Assembly: GCA_002840365.1 (NCBI GenBank)
Contig: PHAO01000001.1
Location: forward strand, 652,360-716,359
From: Candidatus Dojkabacteria bacterium HGW-Dojkabacteria-1
GTDB taxonomy: Bacteria > Patescibacteriota > Dojkabacteria > SC72
Direction: 5' to 3'
DNA length: 64,000 bases
The position numbers and the translations under genes were made by a program. Each line of letters opens with the position of its first letter. The stretch's first letter is position 1. Shown here piece by piece: positions 36,715-45,941 of the stretch. The notes beneath the pieces are model-generated. The model was not told the DNA's origin, ran no database searches, and was given only the letters and a program-made list of their open reading frames with translations.

Positions 36715-37695
36715 ATGCAAAAAACTTACGAACAATATTTACAAGAAGCAGGAAACGTACATCTTGCCTACTATATTGAAGCTGCAGATATTTTAGGAAT
36801 TAAATACGAAATAGTTAAGAAATCCTTAATGGCTAGATTTGAATACAACAACAGACACTGGTTTATCATTAATACTGCAACACCTCTTACTAATACAACA
36901 AGTACGACTATAGCTAAAAGAAAAAATCTTACTAATGAGGTATTAGCGAAAGCAGGAATTGCAGTACCAAAACAGGTACCACTAAGAGATAAGAAAGATG
37001 CAGTAAAGTTTTTTGATGAATATAAAAATATTGTCATAAAGCCATCTCAACAACTTGGAGGGATAGGCGTTACCCTACTTCCCAAAGATAAGAGACAGGT
37101 AGAAAAAGCCTTTAAGCATGCTCTCTCAAAATCAAAATCAGGAGATACAGCAAAAGTAATAGGAGAAGAATTCATAGAAGGAGAAAATTATAGACTTCTG
37201 GTTGTTGGTGATTCTGTTGTAGGCATTGTAAGAAGAAAGGCAGCATTTGTCATAGGTAATGGAAAGGATAATATTAAAAAATTGATTGAAGAGAAGAATA
37301 CTTTAAGAAAACAAAATATGCTTAAACCAATTCTCATAGATAACGAGGTAAAGCTGAGATTGGAAAATTTAAAAATAAATCTAAGATATATTCCAAAAGA
37401 TGGTGAGGAAGTTTTATTAAGATATAACTGTAACCTAACAACTGGTGGTACTACACAAGAGTGTGCTAGTGAGGCACATCAGTACTATAAAGATTTAGCT
37501 ATTAATGCTGTAAAAGCAATTGGTACACAGTTTGGTGGAGTAGATATAATTACTCCTGATATTACACAACCTGCCAAATGTGGTGTGAATGAAATAAACT
37601 ACAACCCTGGACTTCGTTTACACTATAAGGCAGACGAAGGAGAGGCCGTAAAGGTTGCTGTTCCAATAATGGAATATATAGTAAATAATATTTAA
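36715..37695 (+). CDS. ATP-grasp amidoligase 2: cyanophycin-synthetase-like ATP-grasp (G-domain only, no Mur-ligase domain)
   Basis: ILGIKYEIV...FIINTATPLTNTTSTTIAKRKNLTNEVLAKAGIAVPK, VIKPSQQLGGIGVTL, GENYRLLVVGDSVVGIVRRKAAFVIGNGKDNIKKLIEEKN, and EINYNPGLRLH. The pattern parallels the CphA N-terminal ATP-grasp region. Confidence 0.75.
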   Translation: MQKTYEQYLQEAGNVHLAYYIEAADILGIKYEIVKKSLMARFEYNNRHWFIINTATPLTNTTSTTIAKRKNLTNEVLAKAGIAVPKQVPLRDKKDAVKFFDEYKNIVIKPSQQLGGIGVTLLPKDKRQVEKAFKHALSKSKSGDTAKVIGEEFIEGENYRLLVVGDSVVGIVRRKAAFVIGNGKDNIKKLIEEKNTLRKQNMLKPILIDNEVKLRLENLKINLRYIPKDGEEVLLRYNCNLTTGGTTQECASEAHQYYKDLAINAVKAIGTQFGGVDIITPDITQPAKCGVNEINYNPGLRLHYKADEGEAVKVAVPIMEYIVNNI

Positions 37696-37705
37696 TGCCC
37701 AAAAC

Positions 37706-39400
37706 ATGTCAAAAACTATACAAGGTTTAAATCTAGAATCACAATTTACAACAGTAAAGATAGAATTAAAAGGTAAAGATATTGGGCAAATAACAAAGCT
37801 TCTAGACACTATTAGCTCTTTTCACCCTATTTTCTTTAAAGAATATATTCTCTCAAGTGAAGAATTAAGCATTCGTTCAAAGCTTCCTGCAATATGGAGA
37901 GAATCTGATGAATATATTCAAAAGCTCTCAAGTGGAGACATTACATATGAGAAAGCATATGAAGGAGTTGTTAATACAGTAATTACTAAAAGAGTTAAGT
38001 CCATGTCTACAATTCCCCTACTACATGCTGCTCATAATAAGAATATTGAAACAAGCTTAGCAGTTATAAATAGAAACATTGTGGAAGGATATGAACTTGG
38101 ATATAGCAATACTTTTAACAGATACTATGTAATAGGCTGTGGTAAAGGATCACAAATAACAGGTTCTATTGCTTCAAGTAAAGATGCCGCTATAGCACAA
38201 AAAATACAGAGAGATAAATGGTCTACAAATACCATAATAGAAAGATTAGGATTACCAATGCCAAAGTGGCAGATATTGGATAAAGAGAGTGACATAGAAA
38301 AGGTTTGGAAGGAGTATGAGAAGCCAGTCGTTATTAAGCCCACTGGTTTAACAGGTGGTAAAGGAGTAACAGTAGGAATAGAGAATATTGAGAATGCAAA
38401 GAAAGCTTTTAATAGGGCAAAAAAAGAGACAAGCAATAAAGTTCGGTCCCCTTGGCAAACTAAAATTATGATTCAGGAACAGGTCGCAGGAGAAGATTAC
38501 AGGCTTTTAGTTATAAATGGTAAGTTAGAAGTAGCTACAAAAAGAATACCCGCATTTGTTGTTGGAGATGGGAAGAAAAACATTAAGGAATTAATTGAAG
38601 AAACAAATTCTGATCCAAGAAGAGATGTCACAAATCCAGCTCACATACTCAAACCAATTGTAATTGATGAGCCTCTGTTAGATCTATTAGAAAAAAACAA
38701 ATTAACTCTTGAATCTATCCCAGAGAAAGATATGAAAGTCTTTGTAAGAAATATCGCAAGTATGAGTCAAGGTGGAATAACAGAAGATTTTACAGATAAT
38801 GTAAGTAAGGAAATTAAAATTTTGGTAGAGAGTATTGCTCAATCAATACATGCATTTACACTTGGAGTAGATGTAATGTGTAAGGATTCGTCTAAACCAC
38901 TTACTAAAGAAAATGGCGCTATACTAGAGATTAATACTATGCCAGAGGCATATTTGAATCTTTTCCCTGTATTGGGTAAAGAAAGAGGATACGTTGCAGA
39001 CAGATTTGTCGATGGACTACTTTCAGAAAATAAATGTCAAAAGTATGTAGTTGTGGGACAAAGTATTAATGACATACCAACAACATTAAGGAAATGGTGG
39101 AGACAAGACAAGAATCAAAATATTGGAGAGATAATTGAAGACAGATACTATGTAAATGGCCTTCAGATTAACGATGGACTAGAAAGATGGCATGCATTTG
39201 AAGCAATTAAGTGTAACGCTTCATTAGATACAATAATATTACACCATAGAGATTGGAATAATGTTAAAGAGGATGGTTTGGGTTTTGACCATATTAATAC
39301 ACTGTATATAACAAAAGATATGGCTAGAGAGAAAGAGTACATGAAGTTAATGAAGAAATATAAAGGTATGAAGTTAATAGATAATATTAAAATAATATAA
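37706..39400 (+). CDS. ATP-grasp amidoligase 3: CphA-like ATP-grasp with about 190-aa N-terminal and about 130-aa C-terminal extra domains
   Basis: Central region PVVIKPTGLTGGKGVTVGIEN, GEDYRLLVINGKLEVATKRIPAFVVGDGKKNIKELIEETNSDPRR, and GAILEINTMPE. The N-terminal domain precedes the ligase core as in CphA. No Mur-ligase motifs. Confidence 0.7.
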   Translation: MSKTIQGLNLESQFTTVKIELKGKDIGQITKLLDTISSFHPIFFKEYILSSEELSIRSKLPAIWRESDEYIQKLSSGDITYEKAYEGVVNTVITKRVKSMSTIPLLHAAHNKNIETSLAVINRNIVEGYELGYSNTFNRYYVIGCGKGSQITGSIASSKDAAIAQKIQRDKWSTNTIIERLGLPMPKWQILDKESDIEKVWKEYEKPVVIKPTGLTGGKGVTVGIENIENAKKAFNRAKKETSNKVRSPWQTKIMIQEQVAGEDYRLLVINGKLEVATKRIPAFVVGDGKKNIKELIEETNSDPRRDVTNPAHILKPIVIDEPLLDLLEKNKLTLESIPEKDMKVFVRNIASMSQGGITEDFTDNVSKEIKILVESIAQSIHAFTLGVDVMCKDSSKPLTKENGAILEINTMPEAYLNLFPVLGKERGYVADRFVDGLLSENKCQKYVVVGQSINDIPTTLRKWWRQDKNQNIGEIIEDRYYVNGLQINDGLERWHAFEAIKCNASLDTIILHHRDWNNVKEDGLGFDHINTLYITKDMAREKEYMKLMKKYKGMKLIDNIKII

Positions 39401-39402
39401 AT

Positions 39403-40356
39403 ATGAACTACTTAATTATAGATAAAAGACAAAGAGTCGAAACAGGTAATGAGGACAAAATCGCCACTGCCAATCTAAGACTCATGGAAGAGTTGGATAA
39501 AAAAGGTATACCCCACTCTCTTGCATACAATGATGAACTAGAATTTCAGTTCATTGATGGTGAAACAGTGATAAAAGCGAAAGGTGAAGATATTCGAAAA
39601 TACACTCATATACTGCTTAGAGGGCATGCTTTACATAACGAAATGGAGTATCAATTCAAGAGATACATAGTGGACTATATAGATGAACATAATAGAAAAA
39701 ATCCAAATGAAAAGGTATTAATACAAAATAGTGAAGCTATGAAAAGGTTTCCTTACTACAATAAGATAGCTCTTGCCCTATTCTGCTCTATCAATGATAT
39801 ACCTTACTTCAATACATATTTTAGAACAGATGGAAATTATTTAGCACACAGGGACATACTCGAAGCTTTTCCTCTTATAATTAAGGAGTATGCAGGAGCA
39901 AATAGAGTTGAAATTATTGATGGTAAGGAAAAAATTAAAAAGAACGTCTTTAAAATAAGTAATGAAGATGATTATAGACAGGAGTATTTAAAGGATTTAG
40001 ATCACTCTAGGTTTTTCATACAGGAATTCTCTGATAGCGGTAAGGATATGAGAATCTTCGTAAAATTAGGCAAAGTCATTGGTGGATGGAAGAGAGAGGC
40101 AGTGGATGGTTTCATGACTGTAAAGGATGGAAATTACACTATGTACAACGAACCCGAGAAGGAAATAAAGGAATTTGCTGAAAATGTTGCACAAAAACTC
40201 TCAGCAGATTTTGTAGCAGTAGATATTATGTATATGGGAGACAAACCCTTACTACAGGAGATTAGTTATCACCCAGGTTTCAAAGCATACGAAACAAAAA
40301 TAGAGGGAGAACCTGTAAATATAGCAGAAGCAATAGTAACAGCATTTAAGGAGTAA
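39403..40356 (+). CDS. ATP-grasp amidoligase 4: RimK/glutathione-synthetase-like
   Basis: FFIQEFSDSGKDMRIFVKLGKVIGGWKREAVDGFMTV...AENVAQKLSADFVAVDIMYMGDKPLLQEISYHPGF is a RimK-like C-terminal ATP-grasp core. The start is 2 nt after the previous gene. Confidence 0.7.
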   Translation: MNYLIIDKRQRVETGNEDKIATANLRLMEELDKKGIPHSLAYNDELEFQFIDGETVIKAKGEDIRKYTHILLRGHALHNEMEYQFKRYIVDYIDEHNRKNPNEKVLIQNSEAMKRFPYYNKIALALFCSINDIPYFNTYFRTDGNYLAHRDILEAFPLIIKEYAGANRVEIIDGKEKIKKNVFKISNEDDYRQEYLKDLDHSRFFIQEFSDSGKDMRIFVKLGKVIGGWKREAVDGFMTVKDGNYTMYNEPEKEIKEFAENVAQKLSADFVAVDIMYMGDKPLLQEISYHPGFKAYETKIEGEPVNIAEAIVTAFKE

Positions 40357-41523
40357 CTAAATACCTGCTTTCTTAAATATTGATTTCCAAAGTTCTTTGG
40401 TAGGAACTATGTGAGCATTCGGAATTAACCCTTCATCTACCCATTCACATTGATTAAAATCAATCTTTCCTGCATAGAGCTTTTCATACAATGAAGGATC
40501 TTTTTCAAGTTGCCTAATAACCTTTCTAAATCCTCTGAAATACACAATATCCTTTGCATATATTCCTGGATAACTAGTATCCCCTAGTCCTCTTTTTACC
40601 CTATATACAACATCAAAAGCTGATCTCCTTGGAAGTGCACCTAATACACTGTTATACAACTCTCTAAACGTTAGTTCTTCTCCAATATATATTGCCCATA
40701 CAAGTGCTGCTTTCTCTTTTAACCATCTAAGAGTTAACAAATCCATATTAGATTCATTCCATGTAGCCAAACCCTCCTCGACATCTAGATAACTGGGTAA
40801 ATTGGCTTTTGCTAAAGCATCAAAACCACTCTTCGCACCATTAGTAGACCTAAGAACATGGGTACCAACTTCATGTACAATTGTTTTTCTTAGTTTAAAC
40901 TTTGATCTCTCTATATTTGGATCTAAGAGTACCTGCTTTGTCTTTATACCAACCTTAGCTCCATTTTTTGCAATATTCATAGATTTAGCAACACTCCATC
41001 CATCTAAATATAATTCCTTAAACACAATATCAAAAACCTCTTGTATATCATCAAACCTTAGCATATCCTCAGGTTTAGCCTTTTTCATATTTGCCAACTT
41101 ATATGCATCTACCTTACCCCTTAATACTCTAGTTGCATTTCTAAATAGCTTTGGAGATGGCTTGGAATATTTCTTGTATGAGAGATCTGTAACTAATTCG
41201 TTATTACCTACTGAATGCATAAGGTCGCTAGAGTCTTTTTTAGATTCGATAAGTTGGATATAGAAGTCGGAAATTCTAGGATCTACATCAGTAATTTCTT
41301 TCAATGAAGAAAGTTTCTTAAAAATCTCTTCATTTTTGTTTTTAATTAATCTATATGTAAATTGCGGCTCATAGTTATCTGAGTCGAAAAATTTCTTTTT
41401 CTCTACATCTAAATTAGTAGGAGTAAACACTAAGCCAATGGGAATTCTTAATTGTGAGAGGTGATTTGTAACCTCCTCGAGCTTCATTGTTGATTTATCC
41501 TTTTTAGAGAAGATATTTACCAT
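40357..41523 (-). CDS. DUF1704 / QEGLA-motif zinc metallopeptidase (MATCAP-like carboxypeptidase family)
   Basis: TIVHEVGTHVLRSTNG (HExxxH-type zinc site) and downstream DVEEGLATWNE (QEGLA-like motif). About 390 aa, typical for this family. Convergent with the ATP-grasp operon and co-directional with the MreB paralog upstream. Confidence 0.65.
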   Translation of the reverse strand: MVNIFSKKDKSTMKLEEVTNHLSQLRIPIGLVFTPTNLDVEKKKFFDSDNYEPQFTYRLIKNKNEEIFKKLSSLKEITDVDPRISDFYIQLIESKKDSSDLMHSVGNNELVTDLSYKKYSKPSPKLFRNATRVLRGKVDAYKLANMKKAKPEDMLRFDDIQEVFDIVFKELYLDGWSVAKSMNIAKNGAKVGIKTKQVLLDPNIERSKFKLRKTIVHEVGTHVLRSTNGAKSGFDALAKANLPSYLDVEEGLATWNESNMDLLTLRWLKEKAALVWAIYIGEELTFRELYNSVLGALPRRSAFDVVYRVKRGLGDTSYPGIYAKDIVYFRGFRKVIRQLEKDPSLYEKLYAGKIDFNQCEWVDEGLIPNAHIVPTKELWKSIFKKAGI

Positions 41524-41540
41524 TACAAGAATAAAAAATA

Positions 41541-42557
41541 TTAATTATACCCCTTGTTAAAAGAGAATACTCTTTCTCCTGTCACCATTAATTCTAATGC
41601 TATACCAGTACCCTTTACAACACAATACATAGGTTCATCTGCAACATGGGCAGGGACACCTATTGCCTTTGTAAATAGCTTATCAAGGTTTCTTAATTTT
41701 GAAGTACCACCACTCATAACCATTCCCCTGTCCATAATATCTGCTGAAAGCTCAGGTGGAGTTTTCTCCAATACACCCTTAATACTATTAATAATACTTA
41801 ACAATGGTCTTTTCACTGCAAATGCAACATCATTGGAATCAATATTAATTGCTTTTGGAAGACCAGCCCCTACATCCCTTCCTCTAACTTCCATACTCTT
41901 CGGGTTCTTTATTTCAATTGCACTTCCAATCCTTATCTTAATATTCTCTGCAGTTTGCTCTCCAATCAATACACCCTTCTTCTTACGCATATAGTTTATT
42001 ATTGCCTCATTAATAGCATCTCCAGCAATCCTTAGTGAGTCATACTCTACAATACCATCCAAAGAAAGAACCGCTATCTCTGCAGTACCACCTCCTAAAT
42101 TCACAATCATATTCCCTGAAGAAGTCTCTATTGGTAGACCAGCACCAAGTGCTGCTAAAAGAGGTTCTGGTAACATAGTAACTTGCCTTGCACCTGCATT
42201 ACTTGCTGCTTTAATAACTGCTCTTTGCTCAACAGTGGTAATACCTGCAGGTACACTTATCACAACCTCTGGTTTAAAAAATCTAGATTTACCAAGAGCT
42301 TTATTCAAAAAATACTTAAGCAAAGCTTCCGTTACTCTAGAGTCTGCGATTACACCATTTCTCATTGGCCTTCTTGCAACAATATTCTCAGGAGTCTTAC
42401 CAATCATTCTTTTAGCTTCAGAACCTACTGCTATAACCTTATAATTATTTACATCTATTGCAACAACAGTTGGCTCAACAAAGGATATCCCTTCCCCTTG
42501 GACAAATACTATTGAATTAGCAGTACCTAAATCTATACCTAACTTCTTTCCTAACAT
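41541..42557 (-). CDS. Second MreB-family actin homolog (paralog of mreB at 27145)
   Basis: LGIDLGTANSIVFVQGEGI, NLGGGTAEIAVLSL, and MSGGTSKLRNL actin-fold motifs. About 45-50% identity to the first MreB by eye. The next gene on the same strand, 17 nt downstream, is the DUF1704 peptidase. Confidence 0.8.
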   Translation of the reverse strand: MLGKKLGIDLGTANSIVFVQGEGISFVEPTVVAIDVNNYKVIAVGSEAKRMIGKTPENIVARRPMRNGVIADSRVTEALLKYFLNKALGKSRFFKPEVVISVPAGITTVEQRAVIKAASNAGARQVTMLPEPLLAALGAGLPIETSSGNMIVNLGGGTAEIAVLSLDGIVEYDSLRIAGDAINEAIINYMRKKKGVLIGEQTAENIKIRIGSAIEIKNPKSMEVRGRDVGAGLPKAINIDSNDVAFAVKRPLLSIINSIKGVLEKTPPELSADIMDRGMVMSGGTSKLRNLDKLFTKAIGVPAHVADEPMYCVVKGTGIALELMVTGERVFSFNKGYN

Positions 42558-42612
42558 GACTCGATTATATCACTAAGATACTGTTTTTAGAAAAGTTAGT
42601 TAAATTAGAAAT

Positions 42613-44211
42613 ATGATATACTTAGACACAATGACAAAAGAAAAGAGGAACAAAAAAATCCTTACTTTAATATCAATAATTGCATCTGTTTCTGTTTACA
42701 TAGGAGCTGTCTTAGTATATCTGTATGCAAATGGTTGGAGAATAGATCCCTTTAATCAACAAGTTATCAAAACAGGAGTACTTACAGTAGAATCAGATCC
42801 TTTCTTAGCCTCACTTTTTATAGAGGGAGAAAGCAGAGGAAGAACACCACGAAGCACAAGTCTTCATGTTGGAGAATACAATATTTCTGTACGAAGAGAT
42901 GGATATTTAGAATGGCAAAAGAGAGTTGAAATTAAGGAGGAGAAGTCTACTAATGTATACCCATGGCTTATAAGGGAGAGGATAGAAAAACAGAATCTCT
43001 CTACTATCGAAGGGAGAAAATATTTACAAAGCTGGGAAAGTGAAAACAGCGATAGAATATTAATCCTTACAAGTAAATTGAATGAGGAGACTACACTTTT
43101 TGATTTTGAACTATGGCTATACATAGTGAACACAACCTTTTGGGACCTAAGTTCTAATCCAAAAGTTGTACTCTCATTTCAATCCGCACAAGAACCTACA
43201 ATTGACCTACTCTCCTCTCCAGCTGGAGTATATTGGCTACTTAAATATACCCAAGATAGCATCAGTACTTCATACCTATTAGATACTTCTAAAAGTACTA
43301 CTTTAGAAAACTTAGTAGTACTAAACACCTCTCCTTTTGACTCATACGAAATTAGTTGGGCTAGAAACAATCAATATTTAATGTTTGAATCAGACCAAGA
43401 TTTAATTTCCTTTAGTATAGATAGACAAAATAGATATCTTTTAATAAAGAAGACAGCTGATAACCAATATATCTGGAATACCGACGAACAAGGATACTTC
43501 TATATATTAGAGAGTGCATTGGAAAATGAAACCGAAAGAGTATATGCATATGTTTTAACTCAACAAGAAATGGATGGCTCTAATCCCAAGGTTTTAGTAA
43601 GTGACCTATTCTTTCAAAAGAATAAAGATTACTTGACCAGATATATAGAGGATACAACACCTTTTAGATTTACTGCTTTTACCAATTCTACTGCAAGTAC
43701 ACGCAGTGTTGGTAAGGTTGAACACATTAGAGTAAATCAAAGTGCGCAGGGAATATATATTCAAACCTCAGTAGCTTCTTACTGGTACAATATGAAAACA
43801 AAGAGATATCATATGATTACTCCATTCAAGTCTGAATTTGTTTCTTTTGCCCCAGATAATAGTAAATTAATTTACAAAGATGAGAATGAATACAGTATCT
43901 TTACTTTCCTTAAAGAAGAAAGCAATCCTAATGTAGAAATTGGAGCTAAAAGAATTGATAATCTCTCCCTGAGCAATGGAAAGATACTTGGTTGGCTATC
44001 AAATTCTTCATATATCTACTTTGTAGAAGATAATCGCTTGTATATTGCTGATAAAGACGGAGATAACAAAACATTAATTTTAAGTAGTGTCGATACAAAT
44101 TTACACTTAGGAATGACATCCTCTAGAGATTACCTCTTTACTATATCTATCTTAGTAAACCCGGTAGATGGACAAGAGATAATATCAATAGACAGGTATC
44201 TAGTTCACTAA
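42613..44211 (+). CDS. Membrane-anchored PEGA-domain protein with large beta-rich extracytoplasmic region
   Basis: N-terminal TM (ILTLISIIASVSVYIGAVLVYLY). PEGA-like domain (SDPFLASLFIEGESRGRTPRSTSLHVGEYNISVRRDGYLEWQKRVEI). The remainder is Y/S/T/N-rich and repetitive. Confidence 0.55.
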   Translation: MIYLDTMTKEKRNKKILTLISIIASVSVYIGAVLVYLYANGWRIDPFNQQVIKTGVLTVESDPFLASLFIEGESRGRTPRSTSLHVGEYNISVRRDGYLEWQKRVEIKEEKSTNVYPWLIRERIEKQNLSTIEGRKYLQSWESENSDRILILTSKLNEETTLFDFELWLYIVNTTFWDLSSNPKVVLSFQSAQEPTIDLLSSPAGVYWLLKYTQDSISTSYLLDTSKSTTLENLVVLNTSPFDSYEISWARNNQYLMFESDQDLISFSIDRQNRYLLIKKTADNQYIWNTDEQGYFYILESALENETERVYAYVLTQQEMDGSNPKVLVSDLFFQKNKDYLTRYIEDTTPFRFTAFTNSTASTRSVGKVEHIRVNQSAQGIYIQTSVASYWYNMKTKRYHMITPFKSEFVSFAPDNSKLIYKDENEYSIFTFLKEESNPNVEIGAKRIDNLSLSNGKILGWLSNSSYIYFVEDNRLYIADKDGDNKTLILSSVDTNLHLGMTSSRDYLFTISILVNPVDGQEIISIDRYLVH

Positions 44212-44214
44212 GTC

Positions 44215-45816
44215 TTACTTCTTCATCTGTACCTTGTCAGTAGCATAGAAGTTCTTCTTGAACCCCCTACCTAACATCATTTCAGTATCTGCCTGAAGAT
44301 ACGGTATGAATCCAAAGGACAACATCTGTACTGCAATTAAAGCGACTTCTCCGAAATCTATAAGGTGTCTCCACCATTTCCAATCTGAAGGTATTGGTGT
44401 AATTTTTCTCCTATAGTACACTATAAATACATTACATATAAGTAAGGTTGTAAGTAAAAAGCTCATTGCATTAGGAAGATTGTAAGAAGCAGAACTAAAC
44501 AAATAGTCCTTACTAATCAATCCCAAAAGATTTAAACCAAATGTCATAAGATATACAACAGTTGTAAAAAATATATATGTTCTGTACATAGCAAAAAATA
44601 TAAATATTTTCTTGTATACAGGTATGCTCTTCTCATATATTAGAGATGCTAATGTTGTGGGAAATATAATAACACCCCACCCCCATCTATGCTGCTGTTT
44701 GTAAAAAGATTTATATGATTTAATAGTACTTTCATTTTCAACTGCATCACTATGAGTTGGAATATATACCTCTTCACCCTGAAATTCCCCCTTAAAACGA
44801 ATAAGGGCATTCCAAAAGAATGTTGAATCATCAATACCAAGCTGTGGATCCCAATAGTGAACCTCTTTCAATGTTTTTAAATTTACAACATAAGAAGAAA
44901 ATGTTTCTTTTGCACTTAAAACATTCTTTACAAAAGGCATATGTTCATACTTTTCAGTAACCCAAGTATGTAAAATTACTAATGTGAGCATTGAAGATTG
45001 AACCCTAATCAATGTAGGTACTCTCCATATATTGTTGTTTAATGTATATACAGCACTTGTGTAGTATCTTTTTTCAGGATTTTCTACTGTTAGATATTTG
45101 TAAGTAATTGCAGATAGATACTTTGGATCTGGCCTGAGGTCACAGTCACAAGTAATTAAGAGATATTTTGAAATATCCTTTCCCTCTGATTCTAGTTTCT
45201 GTACAAACTTTCTTGTTGCCCAGTTAATATTTGCTCCCTTTACTCCTGTAGCTTCTCCCTCAATATCTTTGGGATGGACATAATACTGCATACTTGCAAA
45301 TTTATCTCCATATTTCTCTTTCAATATCTTGAAATTGGGTATTTGTATATCATCAGCTGTTCTTTCCTCCATAGCAACAACTACATGTATCTTGTCCGCA
45401 CCAACATCACTCTTACTCCATGCTTCAAAAGATGGTTCTAAAACATCCAAACCCTCCTTGTATACAGGACAAAGATATATGTAACTTAATTCATCAAATC
45501 CTTCTTTGTTCCCTTCCTTAATCTTTGCGACAAAATCTGTATTTAAATCTCTTTTCATTCTACTTACACCAATGGCTATACCAATTACGAACTTCACTCC
45601 CCTATACATCCAATATATGATTAAGAAGGAAACATAGAAAACAAATATCCGTTCTAAACCGAATAGGCCAAGTAGAATTGGTGAAAGAACAAGTAACCAA
45701 ACTAAAAACCCTGGTACAATTTCCAATGTTCTTCTTAACCATTTAGGTGTTTGAGCAGGATACCCATCTACCCTGTCTGGAGCTTTTAATTCCTCAAGTC
45801 TTGGTTTCTCGTTCAT
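44215..45816 (-). CDS. Family-2 glycosyltransferase, processive membrane synthase type (cellulose/chitin/hyaluronan-synthase-like)
   Basis: N-terminal TMs, DCD (LITCDCDLRP), QQHRWGWG (QxxRW), KGANINWA, and four C-terminal TM helices. Confidence 0.75.
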   Translation of the reverse strand: MNEKPRLEELKAPDRVDGYPAQTPKWLRRTLEIVPGFLVWLLVLSPILLGLFGLERIFVFYVSFLIIYWMYRGVKFVIGIAIGVSRMKRDLNTDFVAKIKEGNKEGFDELSYIYLCPVYKEGLDVLEPSFEAWSKSDVGADKIHVVVAMEERTADDIQIPNFKILKEKYGDKFASMQYYVHPKDIEGEATGVKGANINWATRKFVQKLESEGKDISKYLLITCDCDLRPDPKYLSAITYKYLTVENPEKRYYTSAVYTLNNNIWRVPTLIRVQSSMLTLVILHTWVTEKYEHMPFVKNVLSAKETFSSYVVNLKTLKEVHYWDPQLGIDDSTFFWNALIRFKGEFQGEEVYIPTHSDAVENESTIKSYKSFYKQQHRWGWGVIIFPTTLASLIYEKSIPVYKKIFIFFAMYRTYIFFTTVVYLMTFGLNLLGLISKDYLFSSASYNLPNAMSFLLTTLLICNVFIVYYRRKITPIPSDWKWWRHLIDFGEVALIAVQMLSFGFIPYLQADTEMMLGRGFKKNFYATDKVQMKK

Positions 45817-45846
45817 TTGTATATTAAAAGAAATTATCTTTACAAA

Positions 45847-45920
45847 CGCACCCGACCGGAATCGAACCAGTAACCTACGCGTTAGGAGTGCGTTGCTCTA
45901 TCCTATTGAGCTACGGGTGC
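45847..45920 (-). tRNA. tRNA-Arg (anticodon CCT)
   Basis: The reverse complement folds with acceptor GCACCCG/CGGGTGC, D-arm GCTC-AATAGGATA-GAGC, anticodon loop CTCCTAA, and T-arm ACTGG-TTCGATT-CCGGT. Confidence 0.8.
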
Positions 45921-45941
45921 AAGCGCATAATTATATCATTT

